A model generated the notes under the pieces. That model was not told where the DNA came from. It made no database searches and saw only the letters and a program-made list of their open reading frames with translations. DNA of 61,825 nt, counting the filler, from Sluysia triapertura (lineage: Eukaryota), in assembly GCA_046118255.1 (NCBI GenBank). It is 5 parts of 5 records of this genome, joined end to end, with 100 filler letters (N's around TTAATTAATTAA, not from the genome) between each part and the next. Parts side by side here need not be neighbours in the genome. Positions count along the whole stretch, not along the records: positions 48,239 to 61,825 come from JBJNIA010030719.1; 4 more parts are not named here. One strand, written 5' to 3'. A program made the position numbers and the translations under genes. Below are positions 57,011 to 61,825 of this stretch, piece by piece. Position 1 is the first letter of the stretch, and each line of letters starts with the position of its first letter.

Positions 57011-57799
57011 TGACCATACTTTTCTTATGTGGATGGTCAATGTCCTAAAACAAAATTTATTTGCTCGAGAATGTTAGGTAAAATATTTTTTTATATTCAT
57101 TTTAATAATTTAATCGATTTGTGTGAGATTTTTGACGATTATAAGTATTTTTTTCGAATAAAAAAACCGATCCGTGTTATTTTTATACTAAATTTATAGC
57201 TGAAATTAAATATGTTTGCTTTCATTATTGTTCCTTAAATAATTTTGAATTCTTAATTCACAGAATAAAATTTAGTATTAATTTGTTTAATGAACTTGAA
57301 ATACATAATTGTCATAATTATCATCAATATATACCGACCATTGCAATAATCACTGGTTGTCATGATCCTGAAATAAAAAATATCACAATTAGATAAAATC
57401 TGGATAGTAGTATAGCCAAAAATTGTCCACCTCCGTTGCTCTTGATGTATAATTAATATCTTCAATACGGCTCTGTTTGTTACATGTCATGTTTCCGTTT
57501 GATAGTTAATTGCTAAATGTTTAACTTTACTTAATTTCTGTGGGCTCTCATCTATTACATCAAAAAGTTCTATCATTTCACTTGAATTAACATCATTTAT
57601 TTGCTCATGAATTACACACCTTTCGTTTGGTTCCGTGGAATTATAATTCTCAATTTAATTACTCTTTTTGATACGCATTTAGAGGGACTTCGGCCCTTGT
57701 AGAATTATTACTGAATGTCAAGACATTTGAATCTAAATGAGAAGTGGGTAGATCTAAATTATATTGTTCACATTGATGTGCAGTTAAATATCTTGAATC

Positions 57800-58500
57800 A
57801 ACCTGCTAGATTCTCAAGTTATGGTTAACGAATGATGTTTTACGACCTTGAGGTTCGTTTAAAAACTTATTTACAATAGGGCCATTCGTCGGTTGAATTG
57901 AATTTGGTCTTTGAGGATTAACATTTGTGACTCCGGTACAAAGATTGCTAAAAGAGATAACTAAATTATTCGATTGGAAAACATGCAATTTATTGGTATT
58001 AATGATATTTACATATTCATCATCGATAGTGACTTAATAGGTACTTGTTCGATCGAATCCAATAATTCTTGAAGGTTTTCGGATTTCATCATTAAACTTT
58101 ATCATTAAATACTTTCAAACCTTTTATAAAATCCTGGCATGATAATTTTAGATAAATTTGACTGCAAATTTGTATTTAAGATAATGTGTAACAAGTGTGC
58201 TCACATTTGTGTACAGACGGGTTGCAAAACATATATTGTTCTGAAAATTGATGCATAATTTGTTCTCGCGCTTGTACTTTGCGATTACGTGTGACTTTAC
58301 TCAGAAATTGCTGTAGTGCTTCATAACATCGTAAATTTGTATAATCAAAAAATTTTGAAAATTCTATTTCAACAGCTTGACTAAAATCATTTCTTTTAGA
58401 TAAAAGTTTTTCTATATCGATTAATCGGAATCCATTACATTCAAATAAACGTTTTCCTAAGCGTTTTTCTGCTTCTCGATCAACAGGTTTTGAAATTTGA
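57800..58500 (-). pseudogene. EFA6/PSD-family Arf6 GEF remnant: Sec7 domain plus start of PH domain, intronless, with stops and frameshifts
   Basis: Hand translation VDREAEKRLGKRLFECNGFRLIDIEKLLSKRNDFSQAVEIEFSKFFDYTNLRCYEALQQFLSKV...QAREQIMHQFSEQYMFCNP...LSCQDFIKGL...ENLQELLDSI, then GPIVNKFLNEPQGRKTSF. This matches PSD AKRLAKRLY.LDGF...L.K.N.FS..V..EYL.FF.F...RER.L.HFS.RY..CNP and the PH start G...RK.....GKKTP. Confidence 0.75.
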
Positions 58501-60162
58501 TGTTATACTTTAGCTTCATCTTGATTATATACTAATAATTTAATAATATCATTTTATTATGAGTTTCTGGTTAAGCTTTGTTGATTAACTTCCTAACAAG
58601 TTTCGTGCAACATAACTTTTCGAATTTTTGTTTTTTTTGATTCATCCGATTTTAAATAAAATTTTAATTATCTGTTTTTAATTATCATGCTTTTAAAAGC
58701 TTATTTTTAATTCTCAAATTTTTGTTTATTACATAATATTGCTGGTCAAACTTGTTTTAAAATTTTTATTTTTAATCTATATCTAACTTAATGCATGCCC
58801 TTATTTTTTGATTCAATTTCTACTTTTTTAATTTGATAATTTCATCACATGTGATTGGGCGTCCAATTATAACAGTAATGTCAGCATGAATAAATAGTAA
58901 TGATTAGAGGTCCGATCAACGAGAGTAGACATCATAATTGCCTGAGATAGTCATTATCATCTTGACTATGTGTCTGTCACCATGTGGTTATAAAATTAAA
59001 TTTATAAGCACTTAAGATATGGTGACAGGTAATTGAGTTGTTGAGCAAAATCATCTGTTGTACTTGATGGAGATTAAATTGAAAATTTTAATGATATAAA
59101 TAATAATAATGATAATAAAATGATTGACAAAATAATGATAGTTAAAGTGCATAAATCTTTTGCTTTTACAATACGATCTTTCTTTAGCTTTATTTTACTC
59201 TTTCTTAACATATTTAAACTAAAATCTTTTAACTTTATGTCTTGAGATAAATTTGGTTTTTTAGTGATTTACAATGGTTTTAAAGTGATTTGAAGTGTGA
59301 ATTTGATGTTTTTCAAAATGTTAAAGAATAAGTGTTAATGATTGTGAAATTGAATTATTTTAGATTGGTTTTATGATGTGCATTTGATAGTTTAAGATGT
59401 AATTGTACTTTTAATGTTATAAGATTATGAATAAATATTTTAAATGGAAGTTTAAATATACATTGATTTGAAAATCATTATGGTTTGGATGTTAATAGAT
59501 TCTAAATTTAAAATGTTTTGAGGTATGAAAATTGATTTTAATGAATTTAAAAAGAATGTAAAATATAAAAAAGATTTTGGTGGATTCTGAAAAGGCATAA
59601 TGTAGAATGTTAATGAATGTGAAAATATGATTGAAATGATTGTTTAAATTTTAAGCCAGAAGTTGGCCATCACACTGATTTGTTGACTTTTGTCAGTATG
59701 ATCTCAAACACATCATCGACAAGACAATTCGTACTGACATTGAGGTGTTATTTTCCTTTTAAAATAATTTAATTTTGTTTTAATTCAAATAAATGATATT
59801 TAAAAGTATTATTGAAAAAATACTTTCTTATTTATTTGATCCAGTATTATACATTTATGTTACCGCGATTTCGAAATTTATTACTTTATAAGATTGAATA
59901 TTCACAACTACAAACCAACAAACAACCAACGAGTTCAATTTAAACGTATTGCGAAATGGAGATTACAAGAATGTGGTATAATACAATCGTATTAGTCTTG
60001 TAATCGAAAATTTGTTTCTGATTATAGTTAGATTAAGTATTTGTTTTTTTAATATGATGTTTCAATTTGTTTGGGTCAATTGTCCCATTAAAATTAGAAA
60101 TATTTCCGCGCAGCACTTTTGAATAAATGTAATTATTTTTTTAATACTTATTATACCTTCAG

Positions 60163-61067
60163 ATCAAGTAATCGAGCCATTAGTGAGCAAAAACAAGCAG
60201 AAGAAAGTATTCGAGTTGAAGTTGAAGCAGCTACATTACGAATAGCAGAAATTAATCGTGATTTAGAAGCAGTTGTTACTCAGTTAGGTGAAGCCAGAGT
60301 TGAGAAACATGAATCATCGCGTGCTGCAAAAAAGCAAGAATTAATAGAAAATTTAAAGCGTTTGTTTCCTGGTGTGGTAGGCATTTTTTAATATGTAATT
60401 ACCCAGTAATAACAATTAATTAAAATCTAATTTATTAATTTAAATTATTTTTCAAAATATCTATCGATTGCTGACACTTTCAGCAAGTTTTCCAAGATCA
60501 TTAGATTTCGCTCTATTAAACATTTTGTCATGTCAAATCTGAAGTGCACGGAGACACCGAGTTTTGACGACCATTTTTAGTATTGTATAAACCTTGGTAC
60601 GTTTAGTGTTAAATGATTCATGAATTTAATATATTTGGAAAGGTAACATTTTTTGAAGGATTCAAAGAATTGATATCAAAATTAACGTAAAATACTTATT
60701 TTTGATCCGCTATAATAATTATTCTTAATCTTATCACCACATGGCTTTTGAAGCAGTTGTTCGACTTGTTTTCAGTTAGCGAATATGAATTGAAAATTAT
60801 GCATAATATATACTCATAATATATACTCATAATAACACAAACATTACCATTGTAGCATGGTCGTTTACTTGAAATGTGTCAACCTTCCCATCGCAAATAT
60901 CAAGTTGCTATAACTAAAGTACTTGGCAAATATATGGATGCTATTGTTTGCGATACTCAAAAAACAGCAAAAGATTGCATACAGTATATGAAGGATCAAA
61001 GAATTGAACCGGAAACATTTTTACCTCTAGATTTTCTTGATGTACGACCTATTGATGAACAATTAAG
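60163..61067 (+). CDS. SMC1: Structural maintenance of chromosomes 1 (cohesin), two internal exons 60163-60376 and 60856-61067 (coiled coil into hinge)
   Basis: Spliced translation ...[25 protein letters not shown]|[61 protein letters not shown] is the SMC1 hinge signature; splice sites are canonical. Confidence 0.93.
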
Positions 61068-61444
61068 GTTAATTATAAGTTGTTTTTATGTACCATATTT
61101 AAAATTGATTAAATTATACATTGTTAATAAAATGTAATGAAATTGTTCATACATTTGATAAGCAGATGTGCTAGAACCTGTCCATATTTTCAGACACATG
61201 ACATAATGCTGGGCAATCGAACTTGATCCACGCATAGTACATTCGCGATAAGATGAAGTTATGCTACATTTGTCACTATCTGAACTTTTGTACGAAGTAG
61301 TAGACGTTCAACCTTTCTTGGTTCTATTAGGAATGTTTTCATGAATTACTTAACTATTAGTGTCACCTATCTTTAATATTTCCTGTTTTTTGATCTGAGA
61401 TTCGAATCCCTTTAGGCTTGTGCTTATTTGCTTTTTATCTTTAA

Positions 61445-61825
61445 TTAAAACCTCTTGTGGATCTTAGTGAGTTTCTTAGTGTTTTTTAATTGAATTATGG
61501 GGTGTTGTGATGTTATTAATGATGTTATTATCTGTGGGCTGTTATATTTTAAAGTTTTAAAAGATTTCGAAGGCCTTGCTTTATTCATGAAATAAGAACA
61601 TTGAAAATATTTACTTTTATGAATATCATGTTTGTCGTTAGTGTAAGAGGAACACGGCAAACTAAACATTATGGTATTGGGTCGTGCTGTTTTTATGAAT
61701 TTGAAAGTTTCGTAAAGTTCGACCTCAACCGACTCTGGTACTATACAGAGGACTCTTTTGTTATCGGAAGGTTCAACTCGAACTTTATAAGTGTCGTATT
61801 CAGATCTTTTTTTTATCACAACGTC
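61445..61825 (-). mobile_element. Probable non-LTR retrotransposon ORF1 C-terminal remnant in an SMC1 intron
   Basis: YDTYKVRVEPSDNKRVLCIVPESVEVELY resembles the CR1/L2 ORF1 Y.SFKV.V...D.......P.GV.V motif. Confidence 0.35.

Overview
Very AT-rich eukaryotic genomic DNA, not prokaryotic. The SMC1 exon sequence and (AAT)n microsatellites look flatworm-like, which is an inference. The window is five separate contigs joined by identical artificial 100-nt spacers (N44-TTAATTAATTAA-N44), so synteny across spacers is meaningless. Recognisable host genes are a complete 7-exon phosphoacetylglucosamine mutase (PGM3/AGM1, minus strand, about 564 aa), the last two exons of a second, diverged PGM3 paralog immediately upstream of it, and two internal exons of cohesin SMC1. 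The rest is mostly a transposon graveyard: piggyBac, mariner, Tc1, pogo/Tigger, Merlin, hAT and piggyBac MITEs, Gypsy, LINE and LTR-like pieces, and a tRNA-derived pseudogene. The most unusual item is a mosaic at about 51.2-58.5 kb of largely intronless, damaged fragments from unrelated cellular genes packed end to end. The pieces are ECSIT, an NADPH-dependent FMN reductase, an SH3 domain, a PP4/PP2A-type catalytic subunit, an EFA6/PSD Sec7-PH protein and possibly a dynein heavy-chain C-terminus. The mosaic apparently lies inside an SMC1 intron and is the pattern expected of a gene-capturing element. All protein family calls are from recalled motifs, not database searches.
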